A DNA stretch of 64,000 nucleotides, from positions 4,960,001 through 5,024,000 of the forward strand of contig CM119386.1 of assembly GCA_051294905.1 (NCBI GenBank), in the 5' to 3' direction. How positions within the stretch are numbered: position 1 is the first letter of the stretch; each line of letters opens with the position of its first letter. Made by a program: the position numbers and the translations under genes. Below are positions 36,601-51,600 of the stretch, piece after piece. The notes below the pieces were generated by a model, which was not told where the DNA came from, ran no database searches, and saw only the letters and a list, made by a program, of their open reading frames with translations. This DNA is from Botryllus schlosseri. Its lineage: Eukaryota.

Positions 36601-39600
36601 ACGTTGAAAATTTGTATAACAGGAATTAATCTACAGTGTATGACATAGCTATACGGTCAAAACCAGTATGTCTGCTGATATGAATGTAGGCTTGTGGGGC
36701 ACTAGCGAAACATGGAGAGATTAAGAGAAGAGATTCACGACAATAGTTTTAAATGGGGCACATGGCGCAATGGCAGAGTTGGCAGGCTTTCAGCAGACTT
36801 TATTTTCTGCAAGTTACAATTGATTCTTAGGCATGTGGGGCATGCAACAGAATGGTATGTGAGAATTGTGCAGGTGTCAGGTTTAAGGCCAACTTTGAGG
36901 CGTCATTATCCATTGTGGCAACCGTTACAGTTATGCGGTGAATGCGATACAGTGAATATCATATAGAATTAAATAGTATATTCAAATTGAAATGAACCCA
37001 AATCTTGTCGGCTGGCAATTATCAGGGGTAATCGTCAATAGTTATTAGACAATTGAAAAGAACATTGTAAATCAACAAATGTATCATACTTGGGTTCATT
37101 TCAATAGGAACATACTATTCGATTCTACATTGAAGTTCTGTACCATCAATATATCGTAACAATCGTACCTGAAGTCCCACACGGATCTCTTTGGTGAGAG
37201 CATTTTCGGGAAAGGTGGCAGAAACGTGCTTCACAATCCGAGACGTCAGGATGCCGCCGGCCGGGCCGACGGCGCAGAACTCTTCTTTGGTGCGCGAATA
37301 CAACGCAAAGTACTTGGGCAGGTCTTTGGAAATGACTCGTACCACGTGTCGTTTGGAGAGTTCTCCGGCCGACTCGAGGTCTAAGATTACAAAAGGAAAG
37401 ATGAAACAACTTCCAAATCTGACGAATCTGCGGTGAAAATTGAACCCAATCAATGCTGACCTATCTTCCCAAGCGTACAAGCATATCAATTTTTCTGTGA
37501 TTTCTTCAAGTGTTTCAGATTTAGCGTTTGGAAATGCGTGCTTCTTCCACCGTTTTGAAACTTGTATTAGTAATAGTAGACCGAAGAGGGCGTTTGAATA
37601 ACGGACTTCACCAGATTGTTTTGACTATCAGCTATACTACCAATGAACATACAGACCCACTTTAAATAACAAGTTCTGCTTCCCTGAACAGTGAACATTT
37701 CATGCCAAAGAAGCATCATCACAGGCCTAATATTCCTACATTAATTCAGATAAGTTTGGCAGGCTGCATCAAAAAGTGACCTGAGAGCAGAGATTTTGAT
37801 AGAGTATTTCGCAGTACTGTAAATCTCAAATTGGTGCACAGCTAGATATGAACAGTAGCTATTTCATCAAATTCGATATGTGTCATATACAAAAATCACA
37901 GCCAGTAACCAAATTCGTCTTTTCTTATGCGGGATCCCAATAGGTTATGGCTAATCATTGCACAAACTGTGATTCTTAACACTGAACGGCGTGAATTGGT
38001 AAAAATTAGACAATCTTCAAGTTAGCTCACACCGGAAGATTTCACCATACCAGCAGAGTCTGTTTGCTTCAGAAACTCTTCGTCCGAACACGCTTGCTTA
38101 TGTTCCCTCCAGATCTCGCCGTCGTCGGACCTGATCACGACAATCTCTCTTTCCGAGCCCCGCAGGCTTGCGAAGTGCGGGATTTCAATGGCGATAGGTC
38201 TAAAATTCCCATAAACCAGTTACCGGCAAGTGAAAGCGCAATAGCATGATAGTAGCTCAAAATCATAGTATAAGGTGCATTTGATCCAGAATTTCAAAAG
38301 CGGTGAAGTCAACTTTGATTACCAACCCACACAGAAATCATCACATTTGGTTGTGTCATTAAAGCAATTGAACCAGTACACTTCAAGTTTGGGGCACATA
38401 CATTTCATATTTAATGACACAAGAAAAAGTACTATGGCAGTCTTTGGGTAGATCAGAAAAGAAAGACAATTTCGTTAATCTAAACATCTATTGCAAAGGA
38501 GTGTGCAGCCAAGACTGAACTATGACTACTTGAAGAATGCGAGCATTCATCCTACAAGGATATCATCTACCATAAATTACATTGTAGAATATTTGACTAG
38601 TCACCATTGCGCTACTCTCAAAAGTGATACCAGGGAGAAAATACTGACCTCTGAAAGTCTGGGCAGAATATTTGAGACATCTACATATCTACACGCTTAA
38701 GGGTAGCAATTTTGAAGGAAAGGTTCAAGTTCGGCATAACATGCGATTTGTACGTAACATCGCACTGGTCTACGAAAGTGACTACAACCTTCTAATGAAC
38801 GCTAAAAAAGAAGAAATATAAAAACAAGACTACGTATATATTATACATCCACGTATATCAAGCAACCACCGACATACCCATAAATAACACCGACACCACG
38901 TATCACAATGACAAATAATAATCAAAAATAATCAGGATATCCGATTTCAATTTCTGCATCGGCGTAATTACGATAACGACGCACTTACAACATGCATAAT
39001 TCCAGCTGATCGACTGTGGTCGATTTTACAACAAAATTCCAGAAATTTTGGAACTTTCACATTCCACGAGGTGTAAAATTGCACAAAACATTGTCGGAAT
39101 TTTCCAAATTAAAACAGCGGGGGAGTGCAGCGTCTCAGCTGATGGCATGCGGTCGCATATAGTCGACAAATTACTACGGATGTGATGCATACACAATTAC
39201 CGTCCTGGCAGTGTATTTACCTACGAAACCGGCACGACCGGGGCCCAATCGCCATGACTTTGGCCACTAGCTTCTGCCCCTCGTTCAAAGGGATACGTAC
39301 GGGCGCGCGACTGCATCAACACCAGAAAACTTCGATAATTCGTAATGGCAAACGCAACAGCGCGCAATACTTACTGCAAGAAATGTTTCCCTTTACCACC
39401 AAAGTCTAGAATGCGCGAGCTTTCGCCTTCGTCTTCGCAAAGGGGTAGTTCGTCTGTCGTCGCGTTCCCGTCAGGTCGGTATTGTCTTTTTCGCGCCAGC
39501 CTGCACGTTATTCTGGTCGGAGCATTGCAGGCGCTAGGCGGGACGTAGATTCTCAGATTTGGATATCTCGTTCCGCGCATGCTGCCTCCGCGAGCGTCGA

Positions 39601-42600
39601 CCAGGAATGAAACAAGGAATCTGAAAAAGACAAAAATTTGTTTGAAGAGATTCTCGGAGGTAGAGAACTTAAGAATATAATTGAATAATATATTCATATT
39701 GAAATAACCCCGAATATTTTCAGCTGAAAGTTGCCAGGGTTATTATTTCCAAAAATGGCCAAAATTCCAATTCGGTTTTGTGACGCTTCCACTGGTTTGA
39801 AAGGAGTCAAATTTGCACATTTCAACAAAACCAGGTCCAGTAAGACAAACCGCCGCAAGGCCCGACGTATCTCTGACACGATACATTGTTAGTAAGGTAG
39901 GGCAAAGTGAACGTCTTTGAAGTTGGTCGGGAAGAATTCTTACAGCAAATTTTGCAAAAATACATAGAAGTACAAAAAACGATACCTACCCGCTAGTTTT
40001 TCTGTTCACCATGCTACAGTTATCGCTGCCGCTGGCCGACGAGGTCCATGAATGTCTTTTGTTATCGACCACGCTGTCCGTTTCCGTCACATTGCTGCAA
40101 TTTAAGACAGATGGCGTCACATCAAACAAGTCAGATAGCGCGTGCCCAAAGAAAATCAATATCGAGCAAGGAGCGGACTCGTTAGACGTATGACTAGATT
40201 AGATCCGGCCTTTTAAGCAGAGTGGATGATGTCAGCAATGTAAGCTATTAATGTGCAAAAAAAAAAGGCATGGTGGCTATTAGTATATGCGGTATAGCAT
40301 TAGTCATTGCAACGAACTTGATATAATGTCAATTCTGACAAATTACTTTATTTCAAACCACATTATATTTAAAGTGCAGTGGCATTAGAGTTGAGATTTC
40401 TCAGCTAAACGACAGTCAATTTACCTTTGATTCATCAGCACGCCCACGTTAGTCGCCATGATACTGTCGTCTCCCAATTCCTGGAGTTCTTTCCCAGTCA
40501 AATTCTCATCCCCAGCAACAACGGCATGATCTGAAATGTAAAACCGGGCGTGAGAATTATTCAAGCTAAATCGAAGGGTGGTACAGTAGTCGCTGGCGTC
40601 GCCAGACTGGAACTGGTACCACGAATATGCATATGAATATCAGTACAACTGCTACAGGCATACTAATTTCAAAAGTGCTGAAATATTCTTGGTAGTAAAA
40701 TTCGGAGACCAAAGCCACAAACTGAATCTCCTCAATCAACATGAAATAAATTACGATCTGCCATGGGATCTTCTTCTATATTCTTGTTCATTACTAGTAA
40801 AGACAGTCACCAATACCGATTACTGCAGCCACCGCAAATCTATCCATAAGCTACGATTGAAGGTAAGGCTACTTGGTAAAGGTACGGTAAATCTGTTTTG
40901 TTTTGTCGCACTTCTCTACTACGTTGCAAGTGATTCTTGGAAAAAGCAAGGTCATGCATAGAATAGCACAGAGAAATAGCTCTGCTTCAATTTAGTGCTT
41001 GGACTAATTAATATCCCCAATGACGTGTTCCTAATGCGGCACAATGCATTACTTCGTAAGTATCTGCCTCTGCCACGACACGTCAATTGCCTCATGCACT
41101 CAAAAGCTATTTAAAAGTATGCATATGTCTTTACATTTGTACAGGATGAGTGGATAATCAGAGATCATGTCTTTTATTCAACCTAATGGCAGATTAGCTT
41201 CGCTACATCGTCTAATAGTAATGTTTCGTTACTTGGTGCCGTGGTATGGCTCTTCTGAAAATCAAATGGTATCAATGTGCCATTACAGAAAAAGGACAAT
41301 TTAAGTTGAACAAACAAATAATCCTGTCCACTTACCATGATTACCTTACATATTAGAAAGTATAAAATACCCTACCCGATAACATGCTACAATTGTAGTC
41401 ATTCTGATAGTGAAAATCGTATGGATTTGCACACAAATTATACCAACAAATCAAAAATAGTCGGACAATACAACTTTGGATCACATATCAGCCAGCAAGT
41501 TAAACCTATGCTATTGAGCAGGGGTTCTTAACCTGGGGTCGATGGACCCCTTGTTGATCCGCAGACTAGTTTTATGTGGTCCAAAAAAAGGCCAATGTTG
41601 ATACTACAACTATATAACTCACATAGAATATCAAAACGGACATGCGAACACTGATATTTGCACTAAAACCGTTAATCAGGTCGTTGACAGGCCACATAAA
41701 AGTGGTGACCTCATTTTTAGTCATCTGGTAGCTTTTCAGGCCTCATCTTTAAGACCAACGAAGGTAATCACCTTTTTTAGGCAAAGGTGGCATCAATTGG
41801 CCCGTTTCATAATGAAAGTGGGCTGCCAGCCGAATTATCAAAACTTCAACACCACTTCACGAAAGAAACTCGTACGGTGCTCCTATCCAAATCACCAATT
41901 ATAACCCAACTTACCGTCATCGTCTGAACCGTCAGACATAAACTCATCCGCCAAGGTCTCTGGATTATCAAGCGGCTGTTTCTCCAATTCCTAAAAGAAA
42001 TCCGCATACACATCTCCTTATACCAATGCCTATTAATATAACAAATGCGCAAGCTTACCGTCTCGATAATTTCTGTGGTGACCTCCGTCAGCGTATCAAC
42101 CACAGTAATATATCCAAATTGATTTGCCAACGACAATGCGGTGTGTCCGTTCTGAAATCAATAGTACCTTGACAACCGTGTATGAATCACAAAAATATAA
42201 CAACCTACATTTGTCAGTTCATCAGGCAGAGCGCCGTGACGCAGCAATAAGTTGATGACTTGCGAATGGCCTTGCTGTGCCGCTAAATGCAATGGAGTGT
42301 AGCCAGTCTGTAAATACGCAACAGTTTAAACAAAGTTACGAGTGTCCCAATGCAATGCTACTTATGATTGATGCTCAAAGCCACTTACAGTAAGGAGTAA
42401 AGCTGATATCAAGACTCATAAAATGCCAACATACATACTGCATAATGAGAAATCCTATTTGAATTGCAGCTACTCTACCTAGACTTCAAAATGAAATGGG
42501 GCCTACAAAGAGCCTTTGTGAATATTCTTCTGATTAGCGGTCAACACATTTTAGTATATTACCCCTAATATATAACTCGGCATTAAAAAATTTGAAAGTG

Positions 42601-45600
42601 CTCATATTATGATTGTGATAGTGTAGGGTAATATTGTTGCTCATTGAGAAACAAGCTTCCCGATGATACGCAAAAGGCTCGAGGGTAATTTTGGTGCCAT
42701 GCTCAAATCATCTGATTACTATGTTCTGTGTATGAAAAGCCATCGCATCGAACATCTATTAATATTGAAGTATATAGTGAATGGAATTGCAATTAACGAT
42801 TTATGATGCGAAAATCCCACGTCTGTCACCTTTCAACCACACACAAATACCTGCTCGTTACATTTAGCACGATGGTAGCAGTTACAATCTGTTTTATGGA
42901 CCACATCATTGTGCATTATCAAACAGAGTACACTAGAGCTTGCCTTGCACACAAAACAATCAAACAAGGTGCCTCTATCACAGGTACGGTAGTATTCTAT
43001 ATATTGTTTACCAACTCGCGATTGTCACATTAATAGCATGATGCAGCTGATACTGTTGTTGTGAAGTAGCAAGCATCTCACCTTCGTCTTGGCGTTTACG
43101 CGTGCGCCGAGCAGCAGCAAGCATTCGACAGTCTTGTGATTTCCTTTGTGGCTGGCAACATGCAGTGGCGTGTAACCTACGAGACCTCGGTGATAAGTGT
43201 CGAATTTGTGAGAAATCGTAAAATTTACTAACCAGATTTACTCAGCGAGTCCAAAAGGGCGCCGTTATCATAAAGCAGCTTTACGACGAGCGTCCTGTCC
43301 TCCTCAGCCGCCAGATGCATTGGTGTTAAATTGAACTGCGAACAAAAGAAGTTCAACTCCCGAACTGATAACGTAGATTTTATGATTTATAAGAAAGTGC
43401 TTGTGGTGCAGAAACAATTATAATATGAATTAAAAAAGATTTCGTTTGAATTTAATTCACCAACACTACAGAAGGTTAATTTGGTGATGACTTGGTGGCC
43501 CTGGCCAGTAGCGAAGCGCTTCTACGAAGTAGATTTTTCAATACTTATTCAAGTGATTTTGTTTTTAAATTACACCCCTTTCACTTGAACAAATTTTCAG
43601 GCACTTACTTTTGATATTTTGGATTTTGAGGAGCTTCTTGGAGGTACAGAACTTCAATGTACAATTGAATAGTAAATTCATATTGAAATGAACCCGAATA
43701 TTTTCGGCTGACACTCGTCAGTGGAATCGTCAGCAACTAGTGGAGAATTGGAAAGAACACTGGTACAACAATGGTATATCACAAAATATGATACTTTGGA
43801 TTTTGAACAGTAAAAGTAACTTGGGGATAACTTTGCACCACTTTCATGTGTGATAACGCAAGAACCGTGTGACAGTAACTTTTGAACATATTCTCAAAGA
43901 TTGCACGTGTTTGTAGCGTCATCAGTCGTTTTGCGTTAGTCGAGCAGATCCATCTTGCAATTTTCAAAATTTCTATGCGAGCTTGTAAACAAATCTACTT
44001 TTCGTAACTACCCGACTACTTTTAGAGCCTTATCATTTTCTGCCTCTACTGTGCAAGTAGTTTTGACTTGTCTTGGGTATTGCGACTTATAATTAAGTAG
44101 AAATTTACAGCATTACTTCTACCGGAGTGGCAACTACTTTTACCACCTCCGCTATGATCCTTCCATGGGCAAATTTTAGGGTTGGCCAGCCACATGTTAA
44201 AAAGATAATATGAAACATTAAATATTAATTCCCATGGGATTTGTTCAGAGAAAAGGAAGCATATCTCAAGCAGCTTCCAGTTGGTCATATAAATTCGATA
44301 ATCTAGTTTCTAATTGAATAGTATATTTTCGGCTGACACTCGTCAGGGGTAATCATCAGCAACTAGAAGAGAATTGGAAAGAACATTGTACATCAACAAT
44401 CGTATCATCTACTTTCTGCGACGCTGCCTTCGACCATTTGACCTTTGAGTCTTACCTTGGCAGTATCGTTGACGTTTGCATCTTTGGCCGCTAACAAGCT
44501 GCACATATCAATATGGCCTCCTTGTGCGGCGAGATGGAGAGGGGTGGTGCCCATCCGTGTCTTACACCCTGTGCTGGCGCCATATTCCATTAACGACATT
44601 GCGATGTCAATCTGGTTCTTCTTGGCGGCAATATGTAACGGCGTGTATGCATTCTATGAAATGAGTTATTATGGCAATCAGGTAATATCTATAAATAAAA
44701 GTGTGTAAATTCATATAATAAAGGTCTGAACAGCATCTGTCTGGCAATAATTATTATGAAAACTTCTAAATGTCATAGCTTACTGTGGAACCTAGTCTAT
44801 ACATGCATTATATACCATATGAATGTTGCCAAGAAATGTACCTCTCTCTACTACAGTGATATTCTTAATGCCAACAACCTCAGAGAAGGGTATGAAATTT
44901 TATTTGAGCTGGAGAAGAGGGATAGAATTTGGTGGGGTATATGGAATTTGATATAATACTGTCTTGTCTTAAATATGTGAATATAGTAGCCTATAATATA
45001 TACTTCATCACTAACTGACCCAAAAGGTAATGAAAAATTGTAACCTAAAACACATTCAGTGTTCCCAATAACCATATCCTGGCCAGGTCTGTGGTGTCAT
45101 AATAGAAATCATTACACAAGCAAACCTTTGCCGGTGTGTAAGGTGAAGCACCGCTCTTCAGCAATAGCAACGCCACGTTTTGATTGTCGTAATGTGCAGC
45201 CACATGCAACGGTGTGAGGTCATCCTGCAGCGACGACACAATGAAGTGATGGAGCACTCAACGCGAATTTTACCATATTCCGAAATACCTTGCCGACGGC
45301 GTCCGGTGACGCAGATCTTTTCAGCAACAAGTTTGCCACGGCTAGCCTCCCGTACTTTGATGCAAGATGAAGGGCAGTGAAGCCGCTCTGAACGCATGCA
45401 GTGACATTGTCAAGTTATGTGGAGCATGAAGGAATAATATGCATCATAAAACCAACGGATGGATGGATGTGAATAGGGATGCATAATAATTAGGCAAATA
45501 TATGGGAGGATATGCATTGAGGTCAATTCCAAAGTGGTAGCTCAAGTGTGAAAAGTATTAAAGAGTGAGACAGGATATGTGATTTCACTTTTAGTATCAT

Positions 45601-48600
45601 ACCATGTTTAAAAATTGGCATTATACTTGTGACTAACACACTGAGTACAGGGATCGATCCCATTTAGCGTTCAAGGATTGATATTTGTACAGGGAACTGT
45701 GATTATTTACCCTCTTATGTGAGTTATGAGAGAAAATGCAATCTGTCAGAGGCTAACTCAGTGATTTCAATAAGCAGGCCTTGTTGTTTTAGGCTACCAA
45801 GCATAGGCAAGTACTTCAGTGTGAAACCTCAAATTAGAATATATTTAAGCTACATCTTTGCCGGTGCATTGCCAAAACCATTCGCTAAGAAGATCTTCTA
45901 GCTACATCAAAAAATTGAGCAATTTAAACTCAAACAATTGCACACGAGTTTGAAGAGACACTGGTTATCGAAATTTATTAAATAAGTTATCAATCAAAAC
46001 CCGATTACGCAAATTAAACCAAGTATATGGCACAAAGTCTATATGAAAGATAATGAAATGGGTATGTTTATTAATATATCAATCTATCATGCAGCCTGAA
46101 TGTATATATGAATGTAGCACTGCTTACAAGATGCCAACCAGTGATATATTTGATAAAATTCAGACACAAATCCCAGAGCCCTGTATAGAATCATACCGGT
46201 AACAATAATAGATGATACAAACCTTGGTTTTTAGTGTGACTGAAGCACCATAGTCCAGCAGTAACATACAGATCTCGACGTGACCCTCTTGACAAGCAAC
46301 GTGAAGAGGGGAATAACCGTTTTCCATCAACTCGTCAACTTTGGCGTGAAACTGAAACAGAAGCCTTTCTCTCAAAGCTAATTAAGCGGAGCTGGACAAA
46401 GATAATTATGCATTTGTGTCAGGAACAACAGGAGACCCTGGCAGTAAAGTGGATAATTGCAATTCAACAATGATGTTCACAACAGTAGGCCCATATAATA
46501 AAATAAATCACAAGTCTCAGGATAATTGATGGTTATTTTGAGGACAGTAACATATCCAATGCCTATTCTTCAAAGTTTGAAATGCCAAAGTGTGAAAATT
46601 CAATACTGTAGATGCGCTATTTGTACTGTCAAATGTCTGACAAACATTTCAAATTGAGTTGAAACAGTCAGATTGAACTTTATGAAGATCCCAGCAACCT
46701 TAAGCAAACAAGACACTTTTCAAGTCTATGTGTTGATATTAATGCAACACATAGACTACAATATTCGAGTGTGCATTTCGTGAGTGCTCTGATGTATTCA
46801 TGGTAAGATTTAGGCATACTATTTTCAGCCTAGGGTGAATAAATGTATCAAAATATCTGAACTATTTGACAGAACTTATGCTTCCCGAAAAGGTCTGATA
46901 TTGTCTTACACCAACACACAGGGTATTTTATACGGCATGTACGATTATCAAGACTAAAAATCAGTCTCTTATTAAATAACAAGTAGATCGTGAAATCCAA
47001 AGTTGATACTGAAAAAATACTCCATTGAATCACTAAAGGTACCATTGTATTCTGAGAATAAATCTCACATAAGTAAGTCATATGAAAAGACAGTAAATCA
47101 GATAACAGGCCGTTAAGTTACCTCCAGTAAAACTTTAACAATGTCCAATTTATTGAGGCGGGCTGCCAGGTGTAGGCACGTCTGCGTTTCCTGTAATAAA
47201 TAACAAATGGCTGAAAAACACAATTCTCCCAACCGCTTATCGGCCACAGTTCAAATACTGTACACACACACCCATTCATGCATGACAACAACAATCTCAC
47301 CCCCAGGTAGAAACCATCCCATTCCTCCATTGACAGCAAAGCATAAAATGGGTATATAATAGCATCCGATATACAAGCGCTTGTAAGAATTTTCATTATT
47401 ATTTAATCCTTTTCGTTATTACTCGAGAAATGTATAGTTGTTTCAACAAAATGACACGCAAACTGCACAAAATCAGCGAACCATTTGAAAAAATCAATAA
47501 CAATATTTAGCTGGTTACTTTGACCATTCAATGCGGGGTTCCGCACACCAATCGATTGTGAATTCACAATTAAACACATACCTTCTTCCGTAAATCGGGC
47601 TGTGCCCCATGAGACAAAAGTAATTTTACTGTCGTAGCTCTGCCGGATCGAACAGACATATGCAAGGCTGTCTCCCCTCTCTGCGAAATGAGAAATATCA
47701 CAATACAAAACGATACTATAATTGATCTGACCGGCAATAGCAGGCCTACAATTGCCAGTGTAAAGCCACTTATGGTATTGATGTCCGATTTTGCCATTGC
47801 ATACCGTTCATTTCAACCATACACCAATACGCTTGACATTATTTTAAACTACACCGATATTACTATGGTCAAAGGTTGATATCAGATAACTAAGGTAAAT
47901 TTCAAAGCTAAATAGTCAATTCTACATTACGCCTGAATACGATCAAAGGCACTTCAGTGCAGTGCAGCTAAAATAGGGATTTTGTGCATAATTTTGGACT
48001 CACTGATTTTTCTTTAGGAGCAACATTGTATGGGCAGAACTACTTACGTATTTGATTTTAAGACCAACATGACTACTTGAACACCAATATGGTGGGGAGG
48101 ATTGGAAACTGCGCACATAAAACATGGGACGTTTTAGCTTACACGAGAATATCCCAATGAACGCACAATGAAAGCACGAGTGTTAATGGTCAAAAAGCAA
48201 CACACACATTGTTCATAACGTTCAAACGCGCTCCCTTCTCCAGCAATATCTTGATGATATCCGAGTGTCCCATGAAGCAGGCAATGTGAAGCGGCGTCAG
48301 CCCGGACTTGAAAACAATAATTAAATTAAAAAACATATCGCGAAAAAATTCGTGACGCAAGTCCCGAATCGCAGAATCAATGAAAACGCATAAATATTTC
48401 ACGACAAAATGTCAAGACCGGCGCAGTACCGCCTTAAAAATTTCGCATGACATAGATAGATCTACGACTTGCAGCATTAAAGCTGTTTGCAACGGCTCAA
48501 GAAGAGATGAATAATGAAACAGGATGTGAATAATTTAGGAAATCGATGAAAAAAATAAGACGGGCGGCGCCCGCGTTACCTCGGTGATGGCTTCGGTGTT

Positions 48601-51600
48601 TGCGTTCACGTTCAAAAGCAATACCACCATGCGCAGTTGATGCTTTTTGCAAGCCACGTGCAGGGGTGTGAACCCATTCTGAAATGTACAGTCATACCGT
48701 ATCTCAATCGGTACTTAAATACAATCAGATACTTGAATAACGGCAACACTAAATGCACAAATTACAGCAAGTCAAATATACTGTCCAGTGATTTCATAAT
48801 TTGCAACATATCAATATAGAGGGGAGAGTCAGTACCGTATGGGCCATCAAATATCATACTACTCTTGCCTAGCTGCCATTTGGCACAATTCTGCAATTTC
48901 CAAGCTCAGACGATAACCTGCCATTCGCAAACTACTACCAATACTGGTAACGTATATGGACGGGACACCAAATTTTGCAATGATACGCAAATTTTAGGCA
49001 GGGTAGTGTTGTGGTTTTGGTCATTCTCTGTGAACAGTCAATCAATGCTATTCATCAGCTGTAAAACATTAATCCTCAAACCTTTGGCTCGATTAGTTCA
49101 AAATCCATTCATAAGTAGAGGATTTGGTCATTTTAATCCTTGCAAACATCAAACATTCAAACTTCAAACTGAGATGTTAACCTACTGGTAGAAGCTGCTT
49201 AGCTGCACGCTATATATTTAAAACATGTGCAATAAACCAGATATGAATGGGTTCCAATATACGTGTGCGGCATGGGGTATCTATTTGGAATATTCAGCTG
49301 GGGTCCAATTTAATACTGTGCAATGGATTTTTGCTGAACATGCCAACTCAGCTAATAGGTAGAGACTCGGGCATTTGTATATAACCTATATCAATATTAC
49401 AGAGCCTACACGTAAACACGTAATCATAAGAGCCACTGTAATCCCACAAGAATATATGTTCATCAGACCGGCAAGGCAGCATAATATAATAGGTTGTAGC
49501 TACCCGAACACCAAACATATATAGCATCACGTATGTGATGATTATCAGAAGATTAGGTAGAATAAGAATGGTTCGACTGTGAAAAATCTTTAGAATCAAA
49601 AACTTTCGACTCAAAAATACACAGAAACCAACAATGCTATCGGTACTTTCCGGGATAAAACACAAAAGCAGACCTACCATAGCCTGGGCGTCGACTTTGG
49701 CGTTTTTAGATAACAATACTTGGGCAACTTTTTCGTGACCACAGTGTGATGCGATGTGAAGTGATGTTAAATAATCCTGAAATAACAGCAGGAGTCAGAA
49801 ACTGATCCAGACAATGCCCTAGTGAACTGACCAATGTTGTATCGTCTACTGGGTATCCTCTGTTGATCAGCAATCGAACTACGCTGACATGCCCGCCCTG
49901 GGCAGCCATGTGTAAGGCGGACAGCCCGTTCTAAAAGCACAATATCCGATTGTCAAAAGTAAAAAAGGATATTTAACACAACAACATACCTTGGTTCTGG
50001 CTATTTCATTGGTCTTCATCCTGTCCAGTAGGAGTTCAACTACAGGTTTGTGACCGGACCTTGCGGCACAATGCAAAGGTATTAAGCCATCTCTCGTTTG
50101 AGCATTTAAGTCGGCGTCACGGTCGATGAGCATGGCACAAAATCTTGTGTGGCCTCTCTTACTGGCAACGTGTAACGGTGTGATGCCAGTCTGATCGATA
50201 AATTGCATATTAGTAATAAATAAAAAATAATAACATATTTTGTATTCCGTACCTTTGTTGCCATATTATGGGCTGCTCCGCGGTTGAGTAGCAACGACGC
50301 GACGCCCACATTTCCATAATGTGCGGCGATATGTAGTGCCGTGAATCCGCTCTGAAAGTCGAAAAATGAAATATTGATGAAAAGCTTTTAGCATTATGTT
50401 ACCTCAATCGCTCATCCTTTCTAGCGATGGGTCAAGTCCTGGAATTCAGCATTTAGTCATTATTGTATTTTGTGAATTGGATCATATTAATCAGAAATTT
50501 CCTCATCATAGATATTTCTGTAATGTTCTACTTGGGTATCAGAAAGGCAATTGCTACTTTGACCTCCTCTAATATCCAGAGATGTATGAATTTTGTATCA
50601 TGACCCACAACTAATTTTTCTAACAGCTCAAGTATAGCCTACCAATCATAGACAATCTACTGTAAAAGATTGATCACTTGATACCTGAGACATGGATAAA
50701 TCAGTGCAAAAGAGGCTGGGTATTCAATATTCATCATCAAAATGATCGCGAAGGAATATTGATCAACAACAATCAATACAACATAATTGCAAACAGTAAA
50801 TTAGTATATTAGACACTAGCCAGGACATATTCATTCCGTCTCATTACTATGATTTACTATCAGTTCTCCGGTAACCTTGAATTTATGCACAGGGCTGGTA
50901 TCAAGAGAGTATCAGCCACAAGCAGAATGACAAATTTGAACCGGACATACAGTAACAACACCGTTTTCCTCTTTTGAAGTGAACAAGCCATATAGGAAGT
51001 CATCGGAATTGGAAATTGAACAATAAATAATTTCAAAGATATCAAATTACTTAATAGTTCCAATAGATAAACTTGAAACAACAGGTAACTTTCTCAGTAC
51101 CGGCTGCAAAGAAGTACAGTCTTGCGTGCCAATGGCTGCTATGTTATGATATCGGATTACCCTGCTACAATCACCACAATCAATACTAAATTTCACATCA
51201 GAACACAAAGAAGGATAAATCAATAAAATTTTATTGCCAAGAGTGGATAAGTCAAGGTGTCGTAGTGAACTCACATAAATGACAGCTGATACGTGCCACA
51301 CGAAATAAATCCCCAGGGATACCCGCCGGTTGAAGTTATTAACTTATTTGAAGGTTGCAATTCAAAATTCAAACAGTACAAAGAAAAGTTAAGTATATCA
51401 AAGTCAATAAACAACAACGTTCAATAATGTAGACTCACCTCCGTTATCCTGTTCACGATTCTCTATATCCCAGATAGCCCATGAAAAAGAATGGATAATA
51501 CTTTGATAAAGTGTACAGAGCTATACGACAAAGTGCAATGGATGCCTTTGCATCATTTACTATATATGAAAGTGCCACTAGCACTGAGCAGTGAGCAATA

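Noticed and set aside
43495-44150. AGTAG/CTACT-rich degenerate repeat (similar tracts near 2880-3160, 17570-18300, 33880-33980 and 34540-34580)
   Set aside because: Probably an old MITE family, but I could not define its termini or TSDs reliably by eye.
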